In this document: piece after piece, positions 41,456 through 52,441 of the stretch
Layout: each line of letters begins with the position of its first letter
Position numbering within the stretch: position 1 is the first letter of the stretch
Virus record (IMG/VR): IMGVR_UViG_2936514734_000001
Coordinates: 96,001-160,000 of that record
Origin: a virus
Taxonomy: Duplodnaviria > Caudoviricetes
DNA length: 64,000 nt
Direction: 5' to 3' (one strand)
Notes under the pieces: generated by a model
The model's database searches: none
Told to the model about the DNA's origin: nothing
The model's input: the letters and a program-made list of their open reading frames with translations, nothing else
Made by a program: the position numbers and the translations under genes

Positions 41456-41750
41456 ATATTTCTCCCCTTTCTATATCAATAAACCTTGGCTAATGGGTAA
41501 AACGATAATACTTCTTTACTTACTTTCCATTCAGCAGCAGCATCTTTAATTGCCTTTTCATCACTGTCTGCCATATACGTGCCAAGAACAACTTCTTTTG
41601 GATTCTTAAGCTCTACCCATCCTTCTCCATCACGTTCTCCATCCGGATTACCAAGAAAACCTGTGGGATCTGTATAAGCCTCATTTGTGACTATTAGATA
41701 TTCCCTCATATAAAATCTCCTTTATATCGTTCTGATTAATTCCTCAAAGA

Positions 41751-41780
41751 AACGTAAGCAGTTAAAACTGATTCGTCAAT
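41751..41780 (-). promoter_or_regulatory. SigA-like promoter
   Basis: TTGACG-17-TACGTT. Confidence 0.55.
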
Positions 41781-41835
41781 AACTGAAGACAAAAAAATAA
41801 GACGAGCATGTAAGCCCGTCTTGGTGAGGTGACTA

Positions 41836-42057
41836 TTATTTAGTTTTTTTCACTTCTTTTTTAGCCTTATTGTCACCTAATAGCGCCCATACAGACACTA
41901 CAAAAGTGATTACGCTAGATACTGCTTCTTCGTCTAAGACAGGAAGCGGTTGTAAACCTTTTGATACTAGATACTGGTTAATCCATGCTAGTAAGAAAAG
42001 AATGACACGAATTAAAGCTACTTTGTTAAAACCAAGTGAACTCAACATAGGCAACAC
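41836..42057 (-). CDS. SPP1-family holin
   Basis: IRVILFLLAWINQYL..G..PLP..SVWA. Confidence 0.8.
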   Translation of the reverse strand: MLPMLSSLGFNKVALIRVILFLLAWINQYLVSKGLQPLPVLDEEAVSSVITFVVSVWALLGDNKAKKEVKKTK

Positions 42058-42138
42058 CTCAAAAGGAAGATATGGTACATAGTGACTATAACGGTATTAT
42101 GTCAATTATATCCATCTCTTCCTTCGCCTTCTCCCAAC

Positions 42139-43038
42139 TTAAATCACACTTGATAAATCCCCTTGTTGGTTAGCAAATGGACTAGCTGCTTGTTGTTGGT
42201 TAGCAGCCATCCGTGAATCATGAATTTGTTTAATTTCATTCGACATTTCATTAATTTTTACAGCGGCTAACTCAGCTGGCATTTGTTTTGTGATTTGATA
42301 CTTTTCATAAATAGATTTCAACTGTGAAGTCGTTGATTCCTGTGTAGCCCCTGGACCTAAAGTTAAAGATGCAATCTGAACTGCTTTTTCACGTATATCG
42401 TTCATTTGCTGTTGTGTAATCATTTGCACCTGTGGAGGTACAAACTGTTGTTGTTGCTGTTGATAAGCACCTTGTTGTTGATAGCCTTGTTGCTGATAAC
42501 TTACAGGAGCCGTATTAGCTCCTGTTGATTGTGATTCATCAGCATCCGTCGGTAAATCTTCACCTGCATAAACATATAATCCTAGTCCATGACCGGCAAT
42601 CGCTTTTACTTTAGCACGTTGAATATTTTTATTAATATCAAACACAGTCGGTTTAGGAATAGGTTTATTTTTATAATCAAGTACTGGGAAAGGCTCAGAT
42701 ACAGAGATACCATTCACAATAACTTCTACCTCTACAAAGTAACCTAATGACGTTTTGATATATGGAACAGGTACTCCACCCATTTCCGGATCAGGGAAAC
42801 GTTTTACAATAATTTGAGCATCAGGGTGTTTTCTCTTTAGTTGTTCTACAGCATGGGCCCAACTTAAATATGAGAAACCATTTTTCTTTTCAAGAAATTT
42901 ACTTACATCAATACTAGCTAATTCAGCAAAATAGTTTTCGAGTACAACCGGATTTTCTATAATATCCTGAACTACCTCTTTTGGGTTTTCTAATGTATTT
43001 ACCTCTTGATCCGATTGTTGGAATAGTGCTTGAGTCAT
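42139..43038 (-). CDS. Sak-like single-strand annealing protein (DUF1071)
   Basis: EKKNGFSYLSWAHA, PVLDYKN, INKNIQRAKVKAIAGHGLGLYVYAGEDLP. Confidence 0.88.
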   Translation of the reverse strand: MTQALFQQSDQEVNTLENPKEVVQDIIENPVVLENYFAELASIDVSKFLEKKNGFSYLSWAHAVEQLKRKHPDAQIIVKRFPDPEMGGVPVPYIKTSLGYFVEVEVIVNGISVSEPFPVLDYKNKPIPKPTVFDINKNIQRAKVKAIAGHGLGLYVYAGEDLPTDADESQSTGANTAPVSYQQQGYQQQGAYQQQQQQFVPPQVQMITQQQMNDIREKAVQIASLTLGPGATQESTTSQLKSIYEKYQITKQMPAELAAVKINEMSNEIKQIHDSRMAANQQQAASPFANQQGDLSSVI

Positions 43039-43523
43039 GCTACCACCTCTTCTTTCGCATCTAAATTGTGTTTTTCATTGTATGTTTTAATATTTTCTTC
43101 AGTAAACTGAAGGTAAAAGTCATCTTTTTCACTCACTACCCATAAAACAAACTCTTGTAATAACATTGGTTCATAAGCCGATTCATTAACCGTGCCGTCA
43201 CTGTTATAAAGATTAACTTCGTTATATGCATCCGTAATTTGAGTAGACGTGATTTTCCTTAACAATTCATAGTTAAGAGTTAGATCTTTTCCTTCGTTAC
43301 TACTAACCAAGTACTCTTCATCAAATTCGCGCATCTCTACTCGAATAACAAGGTACCCTTCTTCATTGATAGCTACCTGTTTGCTATTACTTGCCCAGTC
43401 AAATACAATTTCGTCCTGGTCTTCACCAACAGTAAATCCACCAACTGAAATATAAGCAACATCTTCCGCTTTATAATTAGCTTTATTTACTGAACGAAAT
43501 GTAACATATCCTCTTACCATCAT
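43035..43523 (-). CDS. Hypothetical protein
   Basis: RBS, operon. Confidence 0.6.
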   Translation of the reverse strand: MMVRGYVTFRSVNKANYKAEDVAYISVGGFTVGEDQDEIVFDWASNSKQVAINEEGYLVIRVEMREFDEEYLVSSNEGKDLTLNYELLRKITSTQITDAYNEVNLYNSDGTVNESAYEPMLLQEFVLWVVSEKDDFYLQFTEENIKTYNEKHNLDAKEEVVA

Positions 43524-43603
43524 AATAATTCTCTCCTCATATATTTATTTGAGGTATTAATTTATAAGGAAGGGAAACCCCCTTAAATAAGGAGGCTTCG
43601 GTT

Positions 43604-43738
43604 CTAGTTGTCTTTCTGCTTTGCATCTTCTTTCTTACTTACAACTTCCAAATAACCTTTACCTTTGCACATATGGCAAAACCCTTTTTCAGTTATTCCA
43701 GTGTGGTCGCACGCTGAACAAGAACGATGTTTTAGCAT
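43604..43738 (-). CDS. 44-aa CxxCxxxG Zn-finger peptide (not in track)
   Basis: MLKHRSCSACDHTG..CHMCKGKG; AAGGA RBS. Confidence 0.55.
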   Translation of the reverse strand: MLKHRSCSACDHTGITEKGFCHMCKGKGYLEVVSKKEDAKQKDN

Positions 43739-43795
43739 AGTAACTCTTCCTTTCGAAAGTATATTTTGAACAAATGATGGTTTAAATCATTTGGT

Positions 43796-44605
43796 TCATA
43801 CAGCAACATCAAAATATATTTGTGGATGTTTCTCATAGTTTTCTAAACGGAAGTCATCTGCTGTAAAACTATAAAAATCTTTCTTTTCTGGATTAATCCA
43901 TAGAGTAGGAGCACTATACGGCTCTCTCTCAAGAATCTCTTTTGCCTGTTCTAGGTGCTTGTTATAAATATGGCAATCGCCTATAACATGGACTAGCTCT
44001 CCTGCTTCTTGTCCAAGATGACGAGCTACCATATGTAGAAGTATTGAATATTCACATACATTAAAACTGTTTGCTGTTATAAAGTCTTGTGAACGTTGTT
44101 TAAGTATGAGATTTGTTTTCTTTGAATCAGACCAGAACTGTAAGTGATGGGCACATGGAGGAAGATTCATCTTTGTAAGATCATCAACGTTCCACATTTC
44201 AATTACTGCTCTTCGAGTGAATGGATCTCTCTCAAGTTCTCCTAAGACATAATCCATTTGATTGTCATATCCATACACAGGTTTAGCTACTTGTGCGCCG
44301 TAAGCTTCACCAATAGAACCTGTTTCATCTGCCCACTCGTCCCAAATTTTTGCCTTCATATCGTTTATGTTGTTGGAACGTTTACGATAAATCCAATCAA
44401 CTTCATCAAAGATAGTCTTTAGTGGTAATGGGCGTGTTGTTGGTGCAGGAAATTCTTTAGATAAATCGTAGCGGTTAACGACACCAAAAATTCGTTTTGT
44501 CATGATTGGTGTTCCATCTTTCCAAACAGCTCGATTATCTGGAGTCCATTCTTGCGCCAATATGCGTTCTAATGTCTCTTTTTGATATTCATCTATTAAA
44601 GCCAA
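43796..44605 (-). CDS. thyA: Thymidylate synthase
   Basis: IWDEWAD, AYG, LPPCAH, QRSQD, GDCHIY. Confidence 0.95.
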   Translation of the reverse strand: MALIDEYQKETLERILAQEWTPDNRAVWKDGTPIMTKRIFGVVNRYDLSKEFPAPTTRPLPLKTIFDEVDWIYRKRSNNINDMKAKIWDEWADETGSIGEAYGAQVAKPVYGYDNQMDYVLGELERDPFTRRAVIEMWNVDDLTKMNLPPCAHHLQFWSDSKKTNLILKQRSQDFITANSFNVCEYSILLHMVARHLGQEAGELVHVIGDCHIYNKHLEQAKEILEREPYSAPTLWINPEKKDFYSFTADDFRLENYEKHPQIYFDVAV

Positions 44606-44683
44606 TCCTTATCCTCCTTAATTCTTTTTCTTGCTATAACGTAAGGATTTACAAAATAGAAAGTCAATGCTCTGTCATTAAAA

Positions 44684-45061
44684 TTATCGCAACTTGATAC
44701 GTTCTACACTTTCTTTTTCGATGTAATTATCAAGTAAAGATAAGAGAAAATCTTGAGAGGGTTTATTGATTTTAACATCATCAAAAAACTTAATCTGACC
44801 ATTTACTACACCCTTAGATTGAGGGCCGCGCAAATATAGATCACCTGAATTTTCTTTTGAATTAAAAACCACTACCTTTGTTTCTCCTATACCTGCATCA
44901 ACTAACATGGTAGTAACAATCCCTATGTTCTGCTGCTTAGCAGTAGGCTTGAATAACTTCACCTTACGAATACCAAGCTCTTTGTTGATAAAGCCGGTAT
45001 TGTTTTCTATAGTGAAACGAACATCTGAATCTTTTGTGATTGTGTTTTCTGTAGTTGTCAT
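44684..45061 (-). CDS. Hypothetical protein
   Basis: RBS, ORF. Confidence 0.6.
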   Translation of the reverse strand: MTTTENTITKDSDVRFTIENNTGFINKELGIRKVKLFKPTAKQQNIGIVTTMLVDAGIGETKVVVFNSKENSGDLYLRGPQSKGVVNGQIKFFDDVKINKPSQDFLLSLLDNYIEKESVERIKLR

Positions 45062-45126
45062 GTTTGCTCTCCTCCAAATAAAAAAGCCCTCCGCTAGGGA
45101 GAGCTAATTTTTCATATTATGTTCTA

Positions 45127-46749
45127 TCAATCCCAGCGATCAAGCTTATAAGTTGCTGTTCCTGTTTTTGTTGTAACGCGAATTAAAGTATTCCAATTTG
45201 AGCCATATTGTAATCGAACGCCACAAGCTGAAGCTTCGTCATAGCCTTCAATAGTTTCATTTCGAGAATATGCTTCAATAGTTGAACGAATCGCACGTAA
45301 TTCTGATTTAAGAGTTTCTGGGAACAACGCATTGCCTGCACCTTGATGTCTATTGTCTTTTGCACCTTCGATAATAAAGAACACACTTTTACCTTGATGT
45401 GCATTTTCATCATGCCACATTGAAGGCTGTAATGTGATTCCTGTAACCTTACGATAACCAGGAGAAAGATTCCATCTGTTAGCTGGTGATCCACCATTAT
45501 ATACATACCAAGAGAATGGATTTCTTTTTTCCTCTGTATCCCATTTTAGAATAGGTGGTGCATCTTCATGTACAGCCGTAAGAATAGCAGAGTAGTTGTC
45601 GCTTACACTCTTAACGTTATATTCAATTTCTTCAGCAAATGGAAGAACTGTTTCAGAAAACTTCTTCCATGTCATTGTAATTGCAGGCATGTCCATTTTA
45701 GGAAGCGCTTTTTTACCTTTCGTTTCAAGGTGCGAGAACATTCCTCCGCTTTTCACCGCTTCTTTTTTACCTTTTGGTGTCCATAATGTTTCTAGTTCAT
45801 CTAAACGTGCAAAACGACGAGCGAATGATTTCTGAATACCTAGTTTCTCAACAATTCTTTCTGCCTCAGCAATATTACCTGCAGAAGGAGCTGCTTGTGG
45901 ACGCTGATATTGTAAAGGATGCATTTTATCTGCAAATCGACGACTCACATCTTCAAATTCCATACCTGAAGCAATGTCATCAAGTAGAGTACCAATCATT
46001 GAACTTCTGATATGACAGAAACCTACAGGAGCTGTAGCAACCGCTAACCATACAAGGTTTTCTTTGTTACGGTAGTTTTTAATAGCAGCACGATGCTCAA
46101 TTAAGCTTAAGAACCATTCAGCTACACCTAAGCATTTTTCTGAGCGGTACAGAGATTCAGTCTTAAGAAGTGCAACTGCTTGTTCAACTACCTCTTGGGA
46201 GTAATCTAATAATGCATTAATTAACATTTTAAAGTCTTCACGCTTTTCTGCGCTGAGTTGTCTTGCGTTTAATAGATTAGGACGAAAAACTAACTCTTTT
46301 GGTAGTGATACAGATAAATGCTCCCACTCACCTGTAAATGGTTGTCCTAACGTTTGGAACTCAGAATAAAATACACCACTTACTTTTTCTTTGAGTACTA
46401 ATTCTTTCATATTATAAACAGACTCAACAAAGAAAGATGGTGTTTCATTTTCATCCCATAGTGCGGATTGCATTTCTCCACTATCAGAAATCGTTACTAA
46501 CGAACCGTATCTTTCAATAAAATTCTTACAACATCTACAATTGTAATGCTGTCTTGCTTCCTCTGGTAATCCACCTAGATAAGCTTCATACAGGCCTGTA
46601 GCATTTGTTGTGAATAGTTTTGTTCCTGCATTAACTAGTGATTTAAATCGTTTACGAACAGAGCTTAAAAACTCATTATATTGATCATCTTCATTTACAT
46701 ATGTACCGCTTGCCATGTCGTTATGAATACTTAATTTAATTTTACTCAT
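45127..46749 (-). CDS. Conserved hypothetical protein (540 aa)
   Basis: HYNCRCCKNF, YQRP motifs; function not recognised. Confidence 0.75.
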   Translation of the reverse strand: MSKIKLSIHNDMASGTYVNEDDQYNEFLSSVRKRFKSLVNAGTKLFTTNATGLYEAYLGGLPEEARQHYNCRCCKNFIERYGSLVTISDSGEMQSALWDENETPSFFVESVYNMKELVLKEKVSGVFYSEFQTLGQPFTGEWEHLSVSLPKELVFRPNLLNARQLSAEKREDFKMLINALLDYSQEVVEQAVALLKTESLYRSEKCLGVAEWFLSLIEHRAAIKNYRNKENLVWLAVATAPVGFCHIRSSMIGTLLDDIASGMEFEDVSRRFADKMHPLQYQRPQAAPSAGNIAEAERIVEKLGIQKSFARRFARLDELETLWTPKGKKEAVKSGGMFSHLETKGKKALPKMDMPAITMTWKKFSETVLPFAEEIEYNVKSVSDNYSAILTAVHEDAPPILKWDTEEKRNPFSWYVYNGGSPANRWNLSPGYRKVTGITLQPSMWHDENAHQGKSVFFIIEGAKDNRHQGAGNALFPETLKSELRAIRSTIEAYSRNETIEGYDEASACGVRLQYGSNWNTLIRVTTKTGTATYKLDRWD

Positions 46750-46770
46750 TATTAGTCCCCCACTTTTTAA

Positions 46771-47094
46771 TTAGTTAATTTTATATTTTCGTTTAATGTT
46801 ATTAATTTCAATTTCATACATCTTTTGATTTAATGTATCTTCACCTAAGTTAATAAGCTTTTGTGCTTCATAATCCAACTTGTGAACTTCATGTCTTAAG
46901 TTAGACTGTTTATTGCGAATCTCTTTTTCTTTCAAAGCGCCCTCGCATTCACAATAATATTGGTCTTCTTCATTTCTGTGATAGCTACCTTCATATACTT
47001 TAACTTGTTCTCCACAGTGACAGCACAATACGACTCCTAAGATTTCTTTTGTAGCTGTAATAGAATAAGCCAAGATACCCCATCCCCTTTTCAC
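46771..47094 (-). CDS. Zn-binding hypothetical protein
   Basis: CCHCG..CEC. Confidence 0.5.
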   Translation of the reverse strand: MKRGWGILAYSITATKEILGVVLCCHCGEQVKVYEGSYHRNEEDQYYCECEGALKEKEIRNKQSNLRHEVHKLDYEAQKLINLGEDTLNQKMYEIEINNIKRKYKIN

Positions 47095-47330
47095 TTCTTG
47101 GTTTTGACAAACTTCTTATTTTTATCTATAGGTTCAATCTTTGAATAACTATCATTTAAAATTTCTAACCTGTAATTATCTCTTAAGTCAATAGCTCCAG
47201 AAGATTCTAATCTATCTTCATAGCATTTATTACAAAAAGGATTAGCTAAATATGCTCTACCTGAAACATTCATTTCACTTTTACAAAACTTACAGATATG
47301 CTTTTTAGCTACTACTTTAATTTGTCTCAT
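47091..47330 (-). CDS. Zn-binding hypothetical protein
   Basis: CKFC..CNKC. Confidence 0.55.
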   Translation of the reverse strand: MRQIKVVAKKHICKFCKSEMNVSGRAYLANPFCNKCYEDRLESSGAIDLRDNYRLEILNDSYSKIEPIDKNKKFVKTKK

Positions 47331-47389
47331 AGTTGCCTCCTAAACCAAAAAGGGTAAGGGTGTTAACCCTTACCTTGGTAATCTATATA

Positions 47390-48508
47390 TTAAGCTGCGT
47401 ATTGTTTCATAAGTGTTTTAACGTCCATCAATACTCCAAATAATCCATCAGCAGTTGTCGATGTAAAAGGAATATTATTTTCATTACAAATAGCTGCAGC
47501 AGTGTTTGTTGTATCGTGACTATTCTCATAAGTACTTAACAGTACATAATCTGCTTTTAAAATATCGCCACGAATACGGGCTTTATTTTCGTCGCCTGTT
47601 AAGTGAATCAAGTTAATATCTTTATTCTTGTGTAGAATACTAGCAAAACCTTTTTTACGACTACGTAATCCAATTAATACAATTGTTTTATTCAGAAAAG
47701 GAGTTGTATCAAGTCGATCAATCATGGAGAGTCCCGATTCTGATTCAGTTTGATTATTTTGTCTATGGTTTAATTTGCGTGATTCAATAGATTCGACCTG
47801 CCCGTTTGTGCTTGTGTCAATCTTTTGTGTTACACGAAAACTGTTCGTTACATTATTTGTATAGAAGCGTCCATTAACTACATCTCCGTCTTTAATTTTC
47901 AAGCGGTTTGCATCTTTATCATTAATGTATAAACAGATAAACTTATCGTCATTTTCTGCATCTCTAATAGATCCGCTAGCTGTTTCCGTAATAACCAATC
48001 GTTTACCTACACTTTTGACAAATCCATAATTAATTTCTGCTAATGTAGGGTTCGGAATAATTGTCCGATCCACTACTTCAAAGTTGTAAATAGGGGAACC
48101 ATTTTCAAAATTCCCATCTGTACCGCTAATATATAGTTTATTACCGTTTTCCAAACCTCTTTTATATACAATTTCTTCTGGTATTGGATAATCTAACTCT
48201 TCAATAACCCCACCAAATGCTTTCTTTGTAAATGTTAGAGTATGACCAATAGGAAACGTTTCTTTTGCGGCCTCTTCAACATTTACTTCTTCCGGTGATT
48301 TTATTTCTTCTATAATATCTGGACTGCTTATAACGTCTTCTGAAGTTTGAGGCTTATAATCTATATGAGTTAATTTATTTAACTGTTCCATAATTGTTAG
48401 GTTAGGTTTTAACCATTCATAAAATCTATCAAAATCTTGTACGTTTACATTATTAAATTCTTGCAAAACTTTTGCTTTAACATCTTCAAATACACTCTCT
48501 GTATACAT
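47390..48508 (-). CDS. DUF2325-like C-terminal domain protein
   Basis: IVLIG..KADYVLL..NSH..NIPF. Confidence 0.6.
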   Translation of the reverse strand: MYTESVFEDVKAKVLQEFNNVNVQDFDRFYEWLKPNLTIMEQLNKLTHIDYKPQTSEDVISSPDIIEEIKSPEEVNVEEAAKETFPIGHTLTFTKKAFGGVIEELDYPIPEEIVYKRGLENGNKLYISGTDGNFENGSPIYNFEVVDRTIIPNPTLAEINYGFVKSVGKRLVITETASGSIRDAENDDKFICLYINDKDANRLKIKDGDVVNGRFYTNNVTNSFRVTQKIDTSTNGQVESIESRKLNHRQNNQTESESGLSMIDRLDTTPFLNKTIVLIGLRSRKKGFASILHKNKDINLIHLTGDENKARIRGDILKADYVLLSTYENSHDTTNTAAAICNENNIPFTSTTADGLFGVLMDVKTLMKQYAA

Positions 48509-48717
48509 TTATTAATTCCTCCAAAAATAAATTACAAATGTTATTATAACTCCAATAATTTGACAATGAAGAAAAATGACAGAGATGTCATATAGTATTC
48601 ATAATACCTATGTATCTCTGCCATTCCTTTAATTTATCTAAAAATATTATATTTTTTCTATATACAGAATAAAGTTTTCGAGTAGTTTTTTTCTTGTAGA
48701 AACGTATTCTGTATTAA

Positions 48718-49803
48718 TTAAGCAGCGGCTTGAAGTTCTTCAGTTGCTACTTCTGCTTCACCATAGCCATCTTCATCTACGCGTTCACCATCTGGAAGCT
48801 CAACTTCAACTCCACGGATTTTTGCCTCTAACTCTGCAGTTAAATCAGGGTTTTCATGTAAAAATGCTACAAGCTTGGCTTGTCCATTAAATTTAAGCTC
48901 AACACCATTATGCTGACGAATCTCGCCTGTGTCTTCATCAACAATACGGCACCAACCACCATTCTTTTGAATAATTCCAGCAAGAATAGCTACCTGAGCT
49001 ACTTCATCAACATTATCTACTCCATATCCATAAATAAGAGAAAATGAAGCTTCTTTAAATGGAATAGCAATTTTATTTTTGACGACTTTAATTTTCACTA
49101 AGTGACCAATAATGTCATTTCCATCTTTAATATATTCACCCATTTTAACTTGAATACGTTGAGAAGCGTAGAACGGTAATGCACGTCCACCACTTGTAGT
49201 AGTAGGTGTTCCAGCAGGGCTAAATCCACCGATTTTCTCACGAATTTGGTTAATGAAAGCTACTGTACAATCATGTTCATAGGAAATACCCGTTAGCTTT
49301 TGCATAGTTGTACTCATAAAACGTGCTAACAAACCCATTGTTTGTTGTTCAGCGGAAGATTCTACGATTTTAGTAGGAACCATTGCAGAAACTGAATCAA
49401 CTACAATTAGACGAACTTCACCTGAACGAATAAGACTATCAGCAATATCCACAGCATTTTCTGCTGTCTTTGGATTCACATAAATTAACTTATCTAAGTC
49501 TACCCCATATTGTTGTGCTAATTCTTTATTCATGGCATGCTCCATATCAATAAAGGCAGCATATCCATCACCTGAACGTTGCACTGCCGCAATATGAAGG
49601 AATGCAAGAGTAGTTTTACCAGCCATAGAGTTACCAAAATACTCTACAATACGGCCGTTAGCTACACCGCCACCTAATGCTAAATCCATTGTTAAAGAAC
49701 CGCTTGAATAAGTTTTAATCACTGGACCAGTGTTAACACTAAACCCAATAGTGTTGTCACCTAAAGTTTTATTGATTGTAGACATTAATTTATCTATGCT
49801 CAT
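48718..49803 (-). CDS. recA: RecA recombinase
   Basis: GRIVEYFG..GKTT, IDMEHA, VVDSVSAM, FINQIREKIG, TSGGRALPFYAS, VKNK. Confidence 0.97.
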   Translation of the reverse strand: MSIDKLMSTINKTLGDNTIGFSVNTGPVIKTYSSGSLTMDLALGGGVANGRIVEYFGNSMAGKTTLAFLHIAAVQRSGDGYAAFIDMEHAMNKELAQQYGVDLDKLIYVNPKTAENAVDIADSLIRSGEVRLIVVDSVSAMVPTKIVESSAEQQTMGLLARFMSTTMQKLTGISYEHDCTVAFINQIREKIGGFSPAGTPTTTSGGRALPFYASQRIQVKMGEYIKDGNDIIGHLVKIKVVKNKIAIPFKEASFSLIYGYGVDNVDEVAQVAILAGIIQKNGGWCRIVDEDTGEIRQHNGVELKFNGQAKLVAFLHENPDLTAELEAKIRGVEVELPDGERVDEDGYGEAEVATEELQAAA

Positions 49804-50132
49804 TTATTGCCCTCCGTCATGTTGTATTTTGCTAGAATCTCCTGAGCATTCATCAATGCTTCCATTTCTTCATAGAGTTCATGCTGTTTAACGGAGTCTT
49901 GTTCGTTTCTAGCAAGTTGTTCAATTTTCTTAACTAATTCAGCAAAATTAAAAGATTCATCTTGCTTTATAGCTTGTTTAGAGTAATACTCGTACTCTTC
50001 GGCTAAACAATCACTAATCTGCTTCACCGCTTCTTCATGTGATAAAGATTGACGATAAGAGTGGTACAAGGACATAGAGTACTGATGAAGTCCCTGTTTT
50101 AACTCTGATCGCATTCGTCGTTGCTCTGACAT
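49800..50132 (-). CDS. Hypothetical protein
   Basis: Coupled to recA. Confidence 0.6.
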   Translation of the reverse strand: MSEQRRMRSELKQGLHQYSMSLYHSYRQSLSHEEAVKQISDCLAEEYEYYSKQAIKQDESFNFAELVKKIEQLARNEQDSVKQHELYEEMEALMNAQEILAKYNMTEGNK

Positions 50133-50166
50133 ATACTCACCTCAAGATAGAAAACAACCTACCGTA

Positions 50167-50697
50167 TTAAAACGGTAAGCTGTCATCACTGATATTCATT
50201 TCCATTCCAGCAAATTGATTTTGTCCTGGTTGTTGGAACTGTGGTTGAGCATATGGATTTGGTTGTTGTTGTTGATACATTTGTTGTTGCTGTTGGTAAG
50301 GATTTGGTTGAAACTGTTGTTGTCCTTGTGGTTGAAATTGTTGTTGCTGTTGATACTGCTGTTGTTGCCCTTGTTGTTGACCACCGTTACCTTGTCCGCC
50401 ATCATTGTTAGAAGAAAGGAATCGAACCTGATCAGCACGTAGTTCCCAATAAGTTTTGTCTTCTTTTTTACTAGATTTCATCTTACCTTCTACTAAAACA
50501 ACTGCACCTTTATGAGTGAATTTCTGTACATTTTCACCTTGTTTTCCCCATGCAGAGCAATTAAAGAAATCAGTTTGTTTCTTTTCGCCAAAACCATCAT
50601 CTACAGCAACAGAAAATCGACATACTGTATTTTCTCCATATGTGTTGCTTTCAGGATCACGAGTTAAACGACCTACAATAATTTGTTTTTGATACAT
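50167..50697 (-). CDS. ssb: Single-stranded DNA-binding protein
   Basis: VGRLTRDPE, TDFFNCSAWG, Q-rich linker, DDSLPF tail. Confidence 0.95.
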   Translation of the reverse strand: MYQKQIIVGRLTRDPESNTYGENTVCRFSVAVDDGFGEKKQTDFFNCSAWGKQGENVQKFTHKGAVVLVEGKMKSSKKEDKTYWELRADQVRFLSSNNDGGQGNGGQQQGQQQQYQQQQQFQPQGQQQFQPNPYQQQQQMYQQQQPNPYAQPQFQQPGQNQFAGMEMNISDDSLPF

Positions 50698-50730
50698 AGT
50701 AAATTACCTCCAAGTATTGTTTTTAATAAA

Positions 50731-51231
50731 TTAATAGCTCATATAAGTTTCATTAGCCAAATAATCATTAAGTGGCTTTAACAGTGAGAACACTGCATCT
50801 TGATTAGACATCTTCTTTTCCTTAAAGTCTTGAACAAACTCGATTTCTGTTAAATCAACACCTTCGTTTCTAGCGGTGTTATTTCGCATCTGTGATTGTA
50901 ATTTTTCTCGAGCTTCTTCTACTTGATTAGGTGTAGGATATGGCATATCTGAGTCACATGAATGATAAATATATGCTCTACATCCTACTGCCACAACATT
51001 GTCAGGAGCGTGTGAAATTTCTTGGTGGCGAATCCCTAACTTATCCAGTGTAGGAATTAAAGTTCTCGGCACACTAACTCCATTTGATCTTTCTCGACGG
51101 TTGTGAATATAAAGTGTCTTAAAATAAATTGTGTATTTTTCTCTGCCATGACGATGACCGTAGTAATTGTACTGCGGGTCATGGTAGTTAAATAAGATAC
51201 TGCCAACATCTAATTTCTTGTGCATTGCCAT
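50731..51231 (-). CDS. Hypothetical protein
   Basis: Operon ORF. Confidence 0.6.
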   Translation of the reverse strand: MAMHKKLDVGSILFNYHDPQYNYYGHRHGREKYTIYFKTLYIHNRRERSNGVSVPRTLIPTLDKLGIRHQEISHAPDNVVAVGCRAYIYHSCDSDMPYPTPNQVEEAREKLQSQMRNNTARNEGVDLTEIEFVQDFKEKKMSNQDAVFSLLKPLNDYLANETYMSY

Positions 51232-51233
51232 TA

Positions 51234-51821
51234 TTACATCACTCTTTTCTCTCTCTCAGATTCGTTTTTGGCTTCTCTGAAACAGCGGCGGCATACACTT
51301 ACATATGATTCATTACCACCTGGTTGAATGACTTCTCCTTCAAATACAGGCTTAGAATCTAGTAAACGCATATTATGTGTTGCCTTACTTTCGCAATAAA
51401 GACATTGGTTTTTAATCTCTCGAAGACTTGCTCCTTCTTCAATCAGCTTTTTTGAACCTTCAAATAGCTTTCCTTGAAAGTCTGTTACAAGCCCATAGCA
51501 AATTACATCGATGTTGAATTGATCTACAACTAATGCTAAGGTGCTTATCATTTCTTCATCCATAAATTGCACTTCATCGACAAATAACCAATCAATTTCA
51601 TGCGTTTGAACAAGCTGAAGAATTTCAACAAAATGTGAAATTGGAGTACAATCCATTTCAGTATTCAAAGCCCTGGACTTAATCTTTGTATCTCTTGTAT
51701 CCTGTGAGCTTTTAATAATATGAAATTTCTTTCCCTGTTGTTCAAAATTAAAGGCATTCATAATAAGCTGTGCCGTCTTTGAACTGTTCATACTGCCATA
51801 GTAAAATACTAATTTAGCCAT
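51234..51821 (-). CDS. tdk: Thymidine kinase
   Basis: YGSMNSSKT, VDEVQF, YGLVTDF, YVSVCRRC. Confidence 0.95.
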   Translation of the reverse strand: MAKLVFYYGSMNSSKTAQLIMNAFNFEQQGKKFHIIKSSQDTRDTKIKSRALNTEMDCTPISHFVEILQLVQTHEIDWLFVDEVQFMDEEMISTLALVVDQFNIDVICYGLVTDFQGKLFEGSKKLIEEGASLREIKNQCLYCESKATHNMRLLDSKPVFEGEVIQPGGNESYVSVCRRCFREAKNESEREKRVM

Positions 51822-51847
51822 ATAGACCCTCTCCCTCTAGCGGGCAA

Positions 51848-52285
51848 TCAATGTTGAATGCTGCTTATTTTATTAAGACGTTCGTCCTCTGCAATTAAAA
51901 TGTGTGTCCATTCAAAGGCATACGCTTTTAAAAAACTAAAGTACGCTTTTTGTTCCGGTGTAGATGGAGTTAAGTTAAACACTCTGATTAATCCATTTAC
52001 TATATCAAAAGACTCTGCTTTGTTTTTCTCATTAAACACAAATAAAAAATGCGTTTCCCCTTGCTGGATTTTAATCTGCAAATTTGTTAGCAACAGACTT
52101 GCTATTGTCTGATTGCTAGAACTAGGGAAGAGACGCCTACATGTTTCAATAGAAATATGATTATCGTTATTTAAATCATGATCCTTAAAAAGAGCAGTAT
52201 TCTTTAAATCAGTAACTGATAAGATAAAGTGATTTGGATTAAACGATGTTAGTTTTTCTTCATTAATAGTGGATAAATGGATCAA
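51848..52285 (-). CDS. Hypothetical protein
   Basis: ORF with RBS. Confidence 0.55.
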   Translation of the reverse strand: MIHLSTINEEKLTSFNPNHFILSVTDLKNTALFKDHDLNNDNHISIETCRRLFPSSSNQTIASLLLTNLQIKIQQGETHFLFVFNEKNKAESFDIVNGLIRVFNLTPSTPEQKAYFSFLKAYAFEWTHILIAEDERLNKISSIQH

Positions 52286-52441
52286 ATAAATAACTCCTCT
52301 CAGAACTTAAGCACTTAAAAATTAAAAATCAAGAAAAAAAGAACCTTCATTTGTAGTTTTTCTACAAAGGAAAGCTCTTTTAAAAGGTAAAGTAATTATG
52401 AAAAATTAAATATCAAATCGAGGGAGAGTAATATGATTTTT

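Noticed and set aside
50200-50400. CAA/CAG repeats in ssb (also sak 42440-42500)
   Set aside because: Encode Gln-rich linkers, not a DNA repeat element
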